64,000 nucleotides of DNA. Origin: Phenylobacterium sp. Lineage in GTDB: Bacteria; Pseudomonadota; Alphaproteobacteria; Caulobacterales; Caulobacteraceae. The number at the start of each line of letters is the position of its first letter. Positions within the stretch are counted from its first letter, which is position 1. Below the pieces are notes generated by a model. The model was given only the letters and a program-made list of their open reading frames with translations, did not search any database and was not told where the DNA came from. Below, piece after piece: positions 46,931-56,201 of the stretch. The stretch covers positions 1,027-65,026 of the forward strand of contig NZ_JANINU010000355.1 of NCBI RefSeq assembly GCF_024508875.1, given 5' to 3'. Both the position numbers and the translations under genes were made by a program.

Positions 46931-48153
46931 GCGGCCCGCAGCCCGCCGCCGCCTTCTGGTGGACCCGCGACGACCTCGGCTTCATCGAGGGCCGTCTGCA
47001 CCTGGGCGGGCGCGACCTCGGCGCCCTGGCCGCCGCGGTCGAAGGGCCGCTGCACGTGGTCAGCGAGGCGCGCGTCCACGCCAACCTCTCCCGACTGCGG
47101 GAGGCGCTGGCCTCCAGCGGCTGTCCCACGCGCGCCTATTACGCGATCAAGGCCAACCGGTTCGAGCCGCTGCTGCGGTCCATCGCCAGGACGAGCCGCT
47201 GGGGGGCGGATATCTGCTCGCCCAACGAATTGGATCGGGCCCTCGACTGCGGATTCGCCCCGGCCGACATCAGCTTCACCGGGACGGCGGTCGCCAATCG
47301 CGACCTGGAACGACTGCTCGCCGAGCCCGATCTGACCATCAACTGCGATTCCGTGGGCATGATCCGGCGCATCGGCGAGCGGGCCCCGGGCCGGGCGATC
47401 GGCGTGCGGGTCAATCCCGAGCGCGGCACGGGCTACGCTGGCGCCGAGAAGCTCACCTATGCGGGCGCCGCCGTAACCAAGTTCGGCATCTACCGCGACC
47501 AGTGGGCCGACGCCCTTGCGATGGCCCGGGCGCACGGCCTTTCCATTACAAGCCTGCATTTCCACGTGGGTTGCGGGTACCTGAGCCGGGAGTTGGACGC
47601 CTGGGAGGCGGCGGTGGCGTCGGCGGCGAGCTTCCTTGAGGCCTGCCCCGGGGTGCGGACGGTCAATGTCGGCGGTGGTTTGGGTGTCCCGCACCGCGAG
47701 GGCGACGTCCCGCTCGACCTCGCGGCCTGGAGCGCCGTTCTGCGGCGCCGGTTCGCGGGCCGCGGGGTGACGGTCGCGGCCGAGCCTGGGGAGTACATCG
47801 TCAAGGACGCCGGCGTCCTGCTGCTGCAGGTGGTGGACGTCGAGCGCAAGAAGGACGTGATGTTCGCCGGGCTGGACGGCGGCTTCAACCTCGCGCCCGA
47901 GCCCGCCTACTACGAGCTGCCTTGCGAGCCCGTGGCCTGTGCGCCCCGAAGCCTGGACACCTCGACGTGGCGACCGGTCAGCCTCGCCGGCAACATCAAC
48001 GAAGCGCTCGACGTCTGGGCGCATGGCAAGCTGATGCCTGAGCTGGCCGAGGGCGACCGCATCGCCCTGATCAACGCCGGCGCGTACGGCGCCTCTATGG
48101 CTTCGAACCACTGCATGCGGGGCGACTTCACCGAGATGCTGCTGCCGGCGTGA
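46927..48153 (+). CDS. Group IV PLP-dependent decarboxylase (LysA-like, atypical active site)
   Basis: YAIKAN, HFHVG, GGGLG, EPGE, GNINEALD, AGAYG; TTGA overlap with the SET gene. Confidence 0.85.
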   Translation: MSGPQPAAAFWWTRDDLGFIEGRLHLGGRDLGALAAAVEGPLHVVSEARVHANLSRLREALASSGCPTRAYYAIKANRFEPLLRSIARTSRWGADICSPNELDRALDCGFAPADISFTGTAVANRDLERLLAEPDLTINCDSVGMIRRIGERAPGRAIGVRVNPERGTGYAGAEKLTYAGAAVTKFGIYRDQWADALAMARAHGLSITSLHFHVGCGYLSRELDAWEAAVASAASFLEACPGVRTVNVGGGLGVPHREGDVPLDLAAWSAVLRRRFAGRGVTVAAEPGEYIVKDAGVLLLQVVDVERKKDVMFAGLDGGFNLAPEPAYYELPCEPVACAPRSLDTSTWRPVSLAGNINEALDVWAHGKLMPELAEGDRIALINAGAYGASMASNHCMRGDFTEMLLPA

Positions 48154-48216
48154 CGCGCCAAGCTCCCGTTAAGTGAATCGGCTGCTGATAGGCCCATGGT
48201 TTCGCAAGGACGCCGC

Positions 48217-48906
48217 ATGACCCTTCGCAAGAAGCCCTTCGCCCTCGCCGCGCTGGCGACGCTGGCGTTCGCAGTCCCGGCCGCCGCACAGGACGCGCCG
48301 AGCTTCAGCTTCAACCTGGGCGCGGCCAGCGACTACGTCTTTCGGGGCGTGAGCCAGACCGACGAGCACCCAGAGGTGTTCGCCGGCGCCGACCTTTCGA
48401 TGGGCCAGTTCTACGCCGGGACCTGGGTCTCGAACGTGGACTTCAACGACAGCACGGACGCCGAGTTCGACCTCTACGCGGGGTTCAAGCCGACGGTCGG
48501 CCTGTTCTCGCTGGACCTGGGCGTCCTCTACTACGGCTACGTCGATCAGCCCTCGGGCGCCGATCTGGACTACTTCGAGTTCAAGGCCGCCGCCGCCCTG
48601 CCGTTGGGCCCGGCCACCCTGGGCGCCCAAGCCTACTATTCGCCGAACTACTACTCGGGCATGGATCACGGCTTCTACTACGAGGTGAACGGCTCGATCT
48701 CGCCGACCGAGAAGGTGTCGTTCAGCGCCGCCCTGGGCCGCCAGGAAGTCAGCGGCGCCGGTGACTACACCACCTGGAACGTGGGCGTCGGCTACGCGCT
48801 CACCGACCACCTGGGCGTCGATCTGCGCTATCACGACACCGACAAGCACAGCTTGGGCGACACCTACGGCAGCCGCGTGGCGGTAAGCCTGAAGGCCAGC
48901 TTCTAG
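48217..48906 (+). CDS. TorF-family putative outer-membrane porin (TIGR02001-like)
   Basis: Signal peptide, [28 protein letters not shown]-terminal Phe. Confidence 0.85.
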   Translation: MTLRKKPFALAALATLAFAVPAAAQDAPSFSFNLGAASDYVFRGVSQTDEHPEVFAGADLSMGQFYAGTWVSNVDFNDSTDAEFDLYAGFKPTVGLFSLDLGVLYYGYVDQPSGADLDYFEFKAAAALPLGPATLGAQAYYSPNYYSGMDHGFYYEVNGSISPTEKVSFSAALGRQEVSGAGDYTTWNVGVGYALTDHLGVDLRYHDTDKHSLGDTYGSRVAVSLKASF

Positions 48907-48914
48907 AGGATCCC

Positions 48915-49844
48915 ATGAGCGCCAGCCTTGCCCAGATCGTCGCCGAGGTGGGCAAGCAGGTCGCCGACGCCCATCGCGGCGAGGGCAAGGTCGCCGACTA
49001 CATCCCAGCGCTGGCCCGAGTGGACGCCAACCGCTTCGGCCTGGCGGTGATCACCTGCGAAGGCGAGATGGCCGAGTACGGCGACGCCTGGATGCCGTTC
49101 TCGATCCAGAGCATCTCCAAGGTCTTCACGCTTACGATGGCGCTGCAGCGGATGGGTGAGGCGCTGTGGGCGCGCGTCGGCCGCGAGCCGTCGGGGTCGC
49201 GCTTCAACTCCATCGTCCAGCTCGAAGCCGAGAAGGGCGTGCCCCGTAACCCCTTCATCAACGCTGGCGCCATCGTGGTGACGGACGCGGTGCTGGCCGG
49301 CCGGACGCCCGATGAGGCCGTCGCCGACATCCGCGACACCCTGCGGCGGCTGGCCGACAACGAGACCATCGACATCGACAAGGAGGTCGCGACCTCCGAG
49401 GCCGCCACCGGCTTCCGCAACTACAGCCTCGCCAACTTCATGAAGGGGTTCGACAACCTCAACAGTCCGGTCGAGGACGTGCTGCAGACCTATTTCCACC
49501 AGTGCTCGCTACGCATCACCTGCCGCCAGTTGGCGCGGGCGGGGCTGTTCCTGGCCAACGAGGGAACGGACCCCCTGAGCGGCGAACATGTGATCAGTCC
49601 CGAGCATGCGCGGCGCATCAACGCCATCATGATGACGTGCGGCCACTACGACGCCTCGGGGGAGTTCGCCTTCCAGGTTGGCCTCCCCGGCAAGAGCGGC
49701 GTGGGCGGTGGCATCCTCACCGTCGTGCCCGGCGTGGCGGCGGTGGCCGTCTGGTCGCCCGGCCTCAACGAGGTGGGAAACTCCCAGGTCGGCACGCTGG
49801 CGCTGGAGCGGCTGGCGATGCGGATGGGTTGGTCAGTGTTCTAG
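48915..49844 (+). CDS. glsA: Glutaminase A
   Basis: [18 protein letters not shown] (SxxK), [19 protein letters not shown]. Confidence 0.95.
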   Translation: MSASLAQIVAEVGKQVADAHRGEGKVADYIPALARVDANRFGLAVITCEGEMAEYGDAWMPFSIQSISKVFTLTMALQRMGEALWARVGREPSGSRFNSIVQLEAEKGVPRNPFINAGAIVVTDAVLAGRTPDEAVADIRDTLRRLADNETIDIDKEVATSEAATGFRNYSLANFMKGFDNLNSPVEDVLQTYFHQCSLRITCRQLARAGLFLANEGTDPLSGEHVISPEHARRINAIMMTCGHYDASGEFAFQVGLPGKSGVGGGILTVVPGVAAVAVWSPGLNEVGNSQVGTLALERLAMRMGWSVF

Positions 49845-50662
49845 CGCCCCACGAACACCGGCTCGCGCTTCTCGACGAAGGCCCTGGCCGCTTCCTTGTG
49901 ATCCGCCGTCTGGCCGCAGTGGACGTGGTGGGTGGCCTCCAGGTCGAGGCAGTCGTCCCAGTCGCCGGCCATCGCGCGGTTCAGGTTCTCCTTCATGTAG
50001 CGGTAGGCGATGGTCGGCCCGTTCGAGAGGCGTCGCGCGATCTCGCGTGTCCTGGCCTGCAGCTCGTCGAACTCGCAGACCCAGTTGGTCAGGCCCAACC
50101 GCAGCGCCTCGTCCGCCGCGATGCGGTCCGAAAGGAAGTACATCTCCCGCGCCTTCGCCGAGCCCACGAGCTGGGTGAGGAAGTATGTGCCACCGTAGTC
50201 GCCCGAAAAGCCGACCTTGGCGAAGGCGGTGGTCATGATCGCGCTGGAGGCCATGATCCGCAGATCGCAAGCCAGCGCCAGGCCCAGGCCCGCGCCGGCG
50301 GCCGCGCCGGGCAGCGCGGCCAGCGTGGGCTTCGGCATCTTGAACAGCTTGCCGGCGGTGGCCCGCTGGTTGACGCGCTGGCGGTGGATGGCCGCGTCGA
50401 TGCCTTCGCCGGCGCCGCCGCCTTCGTTGCGGCTGTTCATGCCCTTCACGTCGCCGCCCGCGCAGAACCCCTTGCCCGCCCCCGTCAGCACCACGACCTT
50501 CACCGAGGCCTCCAACTCGGCCCAGGCAAGGGTCTTGGCCAGCGCGTCGTTCATCTCGCCCGACATGGCGTTGCGCGCCTCGGGCCGGTTGAGCGTCAGC
50601 GTCAGCACGCCCGCCTCCAGATTGGCGAGCAGGTCGTTCGTGCCGGTGTCGATGTCGGCCAT
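49841..50662 (-). CDS. Enoyl-CoA hydratase/isomerase
   Basis: [36 protein letters not shown]. Confidence 0.93.
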   Translation of the reverse strand: MADIDTGTNDLLANLEAGVLTLTLNRPEARNAMSGEMNDALAKTLAWAELEASVKVVVLTGAGKGFCAGGDVKGMNSRNEGGGAGEGIDAAIHRQRVNQRATAGKLFKMPKPTLAALPGAAAGAGLGLALACDLRIMASSAIMTTAFAKVGFSGDYGGTYFLTQLVGSAKAREMYFLSDRIAADEALRLGLTNWVCEFDELQARTREIARRLSNGPTIAYRYMKENLNRAMAGDWDDCLDLEATHHVHCGQTADHKEAARAFVEKREPVFVGR

Positions 50663-50764
50663 GGCGTTCCTCCGTCCGTTCGTTGGCGGCACGATACGGC
50701 GGGCGCGCTTGACCGTCATCCCGGCCGCTCCTCTAGTCTGGGCAAAAGACAGGGGAGGAAGAAG

Positions 50765-51508
50765 ATGCGGCTTCGGCAGATCGCATTGGTGGGCGCCGAC
50801 CTGGAGGCGGCCCGCGCCGAGATCACCGACGTCTTGGGCCTGGGCGCGGCCTATGCCGACCCGGGCGTCGGCAAGTACGGCCTGCACAACGCGGTCTGGC
50901 CGGTCGGCGACACGTTCCTGGAAGTGGTCTCGCCGACCCAGGACGGCACGACGGCCGGCCGCCTGCTGGACAAGCGTAGCGGCGACGGCGGCTACATGGT
51001 CATCCTCCAGACCGACGATCTGGCCGGCGCCCGCGCGCGAATCGCCGAACAGCGCGTCCGGATCGCCGACCAGTTCGACGGCAAGGGCGTCGCATTCACC
51101 CACCTGCATCCGAAGGATGTCGGCGGCGCCATCGTCTCCGTCGACTGGATGGAGCCGCGCGAGCGCTGGGAGTGGGGCGGTCCCGATTGGCGGAAGAACG
51201 TGAAGACCGACACCTCGCTGGAGATCGTCGGCGCCGAGGTCCAGGCCGACGACCCCCCGGCCATGGCGAAGCGCTGGGGCGAGGTGCTGGGACTGCCGCT
51301 CCGCGACGGCGGGGTGAGCCTGGGCCTGGACGGCGGCGAGATCCGCTTCGTGAAGGCTTCGGACGGCCGCGGCGAAGGGCTTAGGGCCTTCGACGTGAAG
51401 GTGCGGGATGTGGCCGATGTCCAAGCGAGGGCCGAGCGACGCGGCACTCTGAACGCCGCCGGAGAGGTTACGCTCTGCGGGACCCAGGTGCGGTTGGTGC
51501 AGGGGTAA
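50765..51508 (+). CDS. VOC/glyoxalase-like family protein
   Basis: RQIALV, NAVWPVGDTFLEVV, GGYMVILQ, HLHPKDVGG. Confidence 0.8.
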   Translation: MRLRQIALVGADLEAARAEITDVLGLGAAYADPGVGKYGLHNAVWPVGDTFLEVVSPTQDGTTAGRLLDKRSGDGGYMVILQTDDLAGARARIAEQRVRIADQFDGKGVAFTHLHPKDVGGAIVSVDWMEPRERWEWGGPDWRKNVKTDTSLEIVGAEVQADDPPAMAKRWGEVLGLPLRDGGVSLGLDGGEIRFVKASDGRGEGLRAFDVKVRDVADVQARAERRGTLNAAGEVTLCGTQVRLVQG

Positions 51509-51599
51509 CCTCCGCACATCTTTCGCTCGCAAGAGAAGGAGGAGTTCCCCTCTCTCCGTAAATATGTAGAGTTCTAAGTAATAACGAGGAGGGAGCGCG

Positions 51600-52085
51600 A
51601 TGGAGGGCCTGAAGGCTCAACCGCTGTGCGTGGCCGACATCCGGCTGGAGGACAACGCGCCCCTGCCGCTGGGCAAGTCGCCGTGGCGCAACCGGCGGGT
51701 CAGCTACATCGCGGGCGGCGTGGTCGAGGGCGAGCGGCTGCGCGGCGAGGTGATGGCTGGCGGCGGCGACTGGTCCGAGCTGGGTCAGGGCGCCGACGGC
51801 GCGGCGCTGACGCTGGTGGACGTCCGCTCGCTCTGGAAAACCCACGACGGGGCCCTGATCGACGTACGGTACGGCGGGCGTTTGGTGATCCCGCAGGCGG
51901 TGCTGGCCGACTTCCGCGATCCGGCCAAGGTCGAGGCGGTGAGCGAGGACGACTATTACTTCCGCATCCAGCCCATCTTCGAGACGGCCGACCCTCGTTA
52001 TGATTGGCTGAACGCTCAGGTGGCGGTTGGCTACGGAAAGCGCACCGCCAAGGGCGTGCGCTATCGGATCTTCGGCGTTGAATAG
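51600..52085 (+). CDS. DUF3237 (UPF0311) protein
   Basis: IAGGVVEGERLRGEV, GGGDW, DVR, YYFR..FETADPRYDWLN; GAGGAGG SD. Confidence 0.88.
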   Translation: MEGLKAQPLCVADIRLEDNAPLPLGKSPWRNRRVSYIAGGVVEGERLRGEVMAGGGDWSELGQGADGAALTLVDVRSLWKTHDGALIDVRYGGRLVIPQAVLADFRDPAKVEAVSEDDYYFRIQPIFETADPRYDWLNAQVAVGYGKRTAKGVRYRIFGVE

Positions 52086-53388
52086 CGCGCCGCGCGGCGG
52101 CGCCTACGCCTGGTACGTCGTCGCCGTCCTGCTGCTGGCCTACACGCTGTCGTTCATCGACAGGATGATCCTCAGCCTGCTGGTCGGCCCGATCCGCGCC
52201 GACCTAGGGATCAGCGACACCCAGATGAGCCTGCTGATGGGGTTCGCCTTCGCGATCTTCTACAGCGTGCTCGGGATACCGCTCGGCTGGCTCGCCGACC
52301 GTGGTAGCCGGCGTAGCCTGATGGCGGCCGGGGTCGCCGCCTGGAGCGTCATGACTGCCATCTGCGGCCTTGCGAAGGGTTACGTAGGCCTGTTCCTGGC
52401 GCGCATCGGCGTGGGTGTGGGCGAGGCGACGCTTTCGCCAGCGGCCTATTCCCTGCTGGGTGACTACTTCCCACGCGAAAAGCTGGGCCGGGCCATGGCG
52501 GTCTACTCCATCGGCGTGCCGCTGGGCTCCGGCATCGCCCTGGTCGCCGGCGCCCTGGTGGTGAAGTTCGTGACCGAGGGCGGAGCGCTGGCGGTTCCGC
52601 TGCTGGGCGCGATGGAGCCCTGGCGGCTCACCTTCGTCGTCATCGGCCTGCCCGGACTTCTGGTGGCGGCCCTCATCGCCCTTACCGTTCGCGAGCCGCA
52701 ACGGGCCGCCGCGAAGGACGGTGTGGCGCGAGGGGAGTTCACGGCTTTTCTCCGCACGCACGCACGGGCCATCGGCGCGCACTTCGCCGCGATGTCGATG
52801 ATCACCTTGGTGATGTACGGCGCCATGGCGTGGATTCCTCAGTTCCTGCACCGGACCTACGCCATGCCGGTGGCCGAGGCTGGCCTGTGGTTCGGCGCGG
52901 CAACGGCCCTTTGCGGGGCCGCGGGCCTGATGCTCGGCGGGTGGATGGCCGACCGGATGTACGACCGGGGACAAAAGGACGCCCACCTGCGCGTCATCCG
53001 CCTCAACGCGCTGCTTCTCTTGCCGCTGCTCTGCGGAATGGCGCTGGCGCCGAGCGCGAGCCTCGCGCTGGGGCTGATGGTCCTGATGATGCTGATCGGC
53101 ACGATCCATGGCGGCGTCGCCGGCGCCGCCCTACAGATGATCACGCCGTCCCGTCTGCGCGCCCGCATGGTGGCGCTCTACTTCTTGGTGGCGAACCTGA
53201 TCGGCCTGGGCTGCGGCCCGACGGCGATGGCGCTGGTGACCGACCGGGTGTTCGGCGACGACGCCTCGCTGCGCTACGCCATAGCCCTCGTGACGGCGCT
53301 CGCGATGCCGGTCTCGGCCGTCGCGGCGACGCTGGGCCTCAAGCCCTTCGCGCGCGCCGTGGAGGCCGCGGAAGCAGGCGCGGCATAA
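52078..53388 (+). CDS. MFS transporter (spinster-like)
   Basis: LSFIDRMILSLL, GWLADRGSRR motif A, GVGEA; TTG start overlapping the previous stop. Confidence 0.9.
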   Translation: MNSAPRGGAYAWYVVAVLLLAYTLSFIDRMILSLLVGPIRADLGISDTQMSLLMGFAFAIFYSVLGIPLGWLADRGSRRSLMAAGVAAWSVMTAICGLAKGYVGLFLARIGVGVGEATLSPAAYSLLGDYFPREKLGRAMAVYSIGVPLGSGIALVAGALVVKFVTEGGALAVPLLGAMEPWRLTFVVIGLPGLLVAALIALTVREPQRAAAKDGVARGEFTAFLRTHARAIGAHFAAMSMITLVMYGAMAWIPQFLHRTYAMPVAEAGLWFGAATALCGAAGLMLGGWMADRMYDRGQKDAHLRVIRLNALLLLPLLCGMALAPSASLALGLMVLMMLIGTIHGGVAGAALQMITPSRLRARMVALYFLVANLIGLGCGPTAMALVTDRVFGDDASLRYAIALVTALAMPVSAVAATLGLKPFARAVEAAEAGAA

Positions 53389-53400
53389 ATGCTTAGCATT
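53388..53400. promoter_or_regulatory. Palindrome upstream of TonB receptor (possible operator)
   Basis: AATGCT-T-AGCATT in an AT-rich patch about 75 nt before the ATG. Confidence 0.35.
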
Positions 53401-53474
53401 CTATCGAATATGCTGTAGCGTCCCTTTCCCTGAGGCCTCGCCTTGAGACGAGGCCCTGCAAAGGGGAGAATGCA

Positions 53475-55649
53475 ATGCTCAGGTCGCTGGCGCATGGCGC
53501 CTCGTGGTTGGCGTTCGGGACGGCGGTGTTCGGGGCGGGGCAGGCCGCCGCCCAGGCCAGGGAGGCCGAGGTCTCCGAACTCGTGGTCACTGCCCAGCGT
53601 GTCGAAGAAAACATCCAGCAGGTGCCGATCGCGGTCAGTGCGTATTCGGCCGCCGCGCTGGAGAAGCAGTCGATCGAGACCATCCAGGACATCGCGATCC
53701 GCACGCCGGGCTTCAGCGCGGGCGCCGTCGATCCGATCCAGACCAACTTCGCCATCCGTGGGATCGGCTCGGCCTTCGGCATCAGCCAGAACGCCGGCGG
53801 CGACGCTTCGGTGGTGGTCTTCGTGGACGGGGTCTACGCAGGTCGTGGCGGCACGCCCGACATCGACGCCCTGAACCTGGAACGCGTGGAAGTGCTGCGG
53901 GGGCCGCAGGGCACTCTCTTCGGCAAGAACACCGTGGGCGGCCTGATCCAGTACGTGAGTAGGAAGCCGTCGGCGGAGCCGTCGTTCCGCATTGAGGGCC
54001 AGTACGGAAACTATGACCGCCGCCAGCTCAACGCCCGGGGCAACCTGCCGATCGGAGACAAGGTGTTCGTCTCGCTGGGCGGCTCGATGAAGAAGCGCGA
54101 CGGCTACGAGTTCAACGAGACCACGGGCAACGACGTCAACAACCAGGAGCTGAAGACCGCGACCGTAGCGGTCCGGTTCCTGCCCAGCGAGAACCTGGAC
54201 ATCGTCCTGGCCGCCGACTTCACCGACCAGGACCAGAAGGGCAATCCGCGCCACAACAACTGCGACCGCAGCTTCGACAACGGCATCCATTGCGTCGGAA
54301 TCAACCCCGACCCGCGGGTCGTGAACGCCTTCACCGACGGCTACCTGCGTCGGTGGCTGCGGACCTATCGTGGCGAGGTGAACTGGACGACGCCGTTTGG
54401 CGTGGTCACCTCCATCACGGCTCTCCGCGACGTCACGCTGAACTTCCGCACGCCCTTCTTCTCCAATCCCGTGCGGCCGCCGGCCCAGATCGAGTCCACC
54501 GAGACCGATCACGAGAACAACAGCCAGTTCAGCCAGGAACTGCGTCTGGCGTTCGACGCCATGGACGGGCGCCTCAAGGGCCAGCTGGGGGCCTACTACC
54601 TGCGCGAGGACAATGAGCGCATCGAGGACCTGCGGCAGGATTTCCCCGCGCCGGCCTCGACCGGGATCGCGACCTATCCGCAGGAGGTTCTGGGCAAGAG
54701 CTACGCGCTCTTCGGCCAGTTCAGCTATGCGATCACCGATCAGCTCACCGCCACGGCGGGCATCCGCCAGACGTGGGAGGAGAAGAGCGGCCACTTCATC
54801 GGCCGCAAGGTGTCCGGCCCGGGCATGCCGCCGCCGCTAGCCGCGAACTACGACGTGCGCGCCTCCGAGAAGTGGAACGCGCTGACGCCGCGCTTTGCGC
54901 TGGACTATCAGATGACGCCGGACGTGCTGGTCTATGCGTCGGCCACGCGCGGCTTCAAGAGCGGCGGCTTTCAGGGCATCGCCGGGTCCGCGCTCAGCCA
55001 GTCGACGCCTTACGACCCCGAGTACGCCTGGAGCTACGAGGGCGGGTTCAAGAGCCAGTTCTGGGACCGCAAGGCGCTGTTCAACGCCTCGCTGTTCCAG
55101 ACCAACTACAAGGACCTGCAGGTCTCGCAGCTCGTCCCGCTGTGCTGCGTCGTGGTCGGCAACGCCGCAACCGCGAAGATCAAGGGCGCCGAGTTCGAGT
55201 TAATGATCCGGCCCGTCGGCGGGCTGCAGATCGACGGCAGCTATGCGCGCCTGCAGGCGGAGTTCACCAGCTTCGCCAACGGCGCCACCGCGAACTACAG
55301 CGGCAACGACCTTCCGCGTTCGCCGAAGGACAAGGTTCACCTGGGCGTGCAGTACACGGCCGACCTCGAGGGCTGGGAAGCGCTGGCGCGGGTCGATTAC
55401 ACAAACCAGTCGCACATGTTCTTCGAGGCCTCGAACATTCCGGCCCAGAAGCAGGAGGGCTACATCAACGTTGACGCCCGCGTCTCGTTGACCTCACCCG
55501 ACAAGCGCTGGCAGGTGGCCGTCTGGGGCAAGAACCTGACGGACGAACTGGTGGCGACCTACGTCACCTATTTCGGCGCCTATCGCCAGACCCTCGTACC
55601 CTACGCGCCCCCGCGCACGTACGGCGTGACCCTCGTCTGGAAGATGTAA
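53475..55649 (+). CDS. TonB-dependent receptor
   Basis: Signal peptide, ELVVTAQR TonB box, RVEVLRGPQGTLFGKN, SATRGFKSGG, GKNLTDE, PRTYGV. Confidence 0.95.
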   Translation: MLRSLAHGASWLAFGTAVFGAGQAAAQAREAEVSELVVTAQRVEENIQQVPIAVSAYSAAALEKQSIETIQDIAIRTPGFSAGAVDPIQTNFAIRGIGSAFGISQNAGGDASVVVFVDGVYAGRGGTPDIDALNLERVEVLRGPQGTLFGKNTVGGLIQYVSRKPSAEPSFRIEGQYGNYDRRQLNARGNLPIGDKVFVSLGGSMKKRDGYEFNETTGNDVNNQELKTATVAVRFLPSENLDIVLAADFTDQDQKGNPRHNNCDRSFDNGIHCVGINPDPRVVNAFTDGYLRRWLRTYRGEVNWTTPFGVVTSITALRDVTLNFRTPFFSNPVRPPAQIESTETDHENNSQFSQELRLAFDAMDGRLKGQLGAYYLREDNERIEDLRQDFPAPASTGIATYPQEVLGKSYALFGQFSYAITDQLTATAGIRQTWEEKSGHFIGRKVSGPGMPPPLAANYDVRASEKWNALTPRFALDYQMTPDVLVYASATRGFKSGGFQGIAGSALSQSTPYDPEYAWSYEGGFKSQFWDRKALFNASLFQTNYKDLQVSQLVPLCCVVVGNAATAKIKGAEFELMIRPVGGLQIDGSYARLQAEFTSFANGATANYSGNDLPRSPKDKVHLGVQYTADLEGWEALARVDYTNQSHMFFEASNIPAQKQEGYINVDARVSLTSPDKRWQVAVWGKNLTDELVATYVTYFGAYRQTLVPYAPPRTYGVTLVWKM

Positions 55650-55659
55650 CGCCTCAGCC

Positions 55660-55690
55660 TCCCCCGCCGCCGCGCATTGGTGGCGGGGGA
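55660..55690. terminator. GC-rich hairpin between convergent genes
   Basis: TCCCCCGCCGCC GCGCATT GGTGGCGGGGGA. Confidence 0.65.
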
Positions 55691-55703
55691 CGCCGCCGAT
55701 CCG

Positions 55704-56018
55704 TCAGCGCTCGGGGAGCCGCACGATCATCTCCACGGCGATCCGGTCGCCTGCCGTAACGTTCGCCTTGTGGCGCACGGCGTCCTTCAACGGCAGCAGG
55801 TAGGTTCCGTCGCGTGGGAAAAGCGAGGTGGTGAAGACCGCCTCGCCGATCGTGGCTTCCACCGGGATCACCCCCCACCCATAGCTGGCCGCGCGGGCGA
55901 CGCGGCGGATCTCTTCGGCGCCGTCGGCCGGCAGCGGCGCGAAGAAATAGGGCGCCGGCCCCCGCCACACGATGACTTCCGCAGCGAAGCTGAGATGGAC
56001 GGGCGGTGCGGTCGGCAT
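55704..56018 (-). CDS. DUF1905 domain protein
   Basis: WRGPAPYFF, YGWGVIPV, TTSLFP, YLLPLKDAVR. Confidence 0.85.
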   Translation of the reverse strand: MPTAPPVHLSFAAEVIVWRGPAPYFFAPLPADGAEEIRRVARAASYGWGVIPVEATIGEAVFTTSLFPRDGTYLLPLKDAVRHKANVTAGDRIAVEMIVRLPER

Positions 56019-56201
56019 GTCGCCACCCTGCCGGATCGCCCCCGCCCCTTCCAGGGCCGACGACGAGCCGACGCAAGCAAGCCTGTGGGCCGAGGACCTG
56101 CAACCGCCGGTCCCTATCGGGTGGGCAATTTAAATCATAACATCATTCATTCTCGAACTATCGGAGTGAGGGTCGAACCCGCACCCGCGGAGGGAAGGCC
56201 G

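Noticed and set aside
46927-48153. Simple redundant second lysA
   Set aside because: Three active-site motifs differ from the canonical lysA at 26436..27704.
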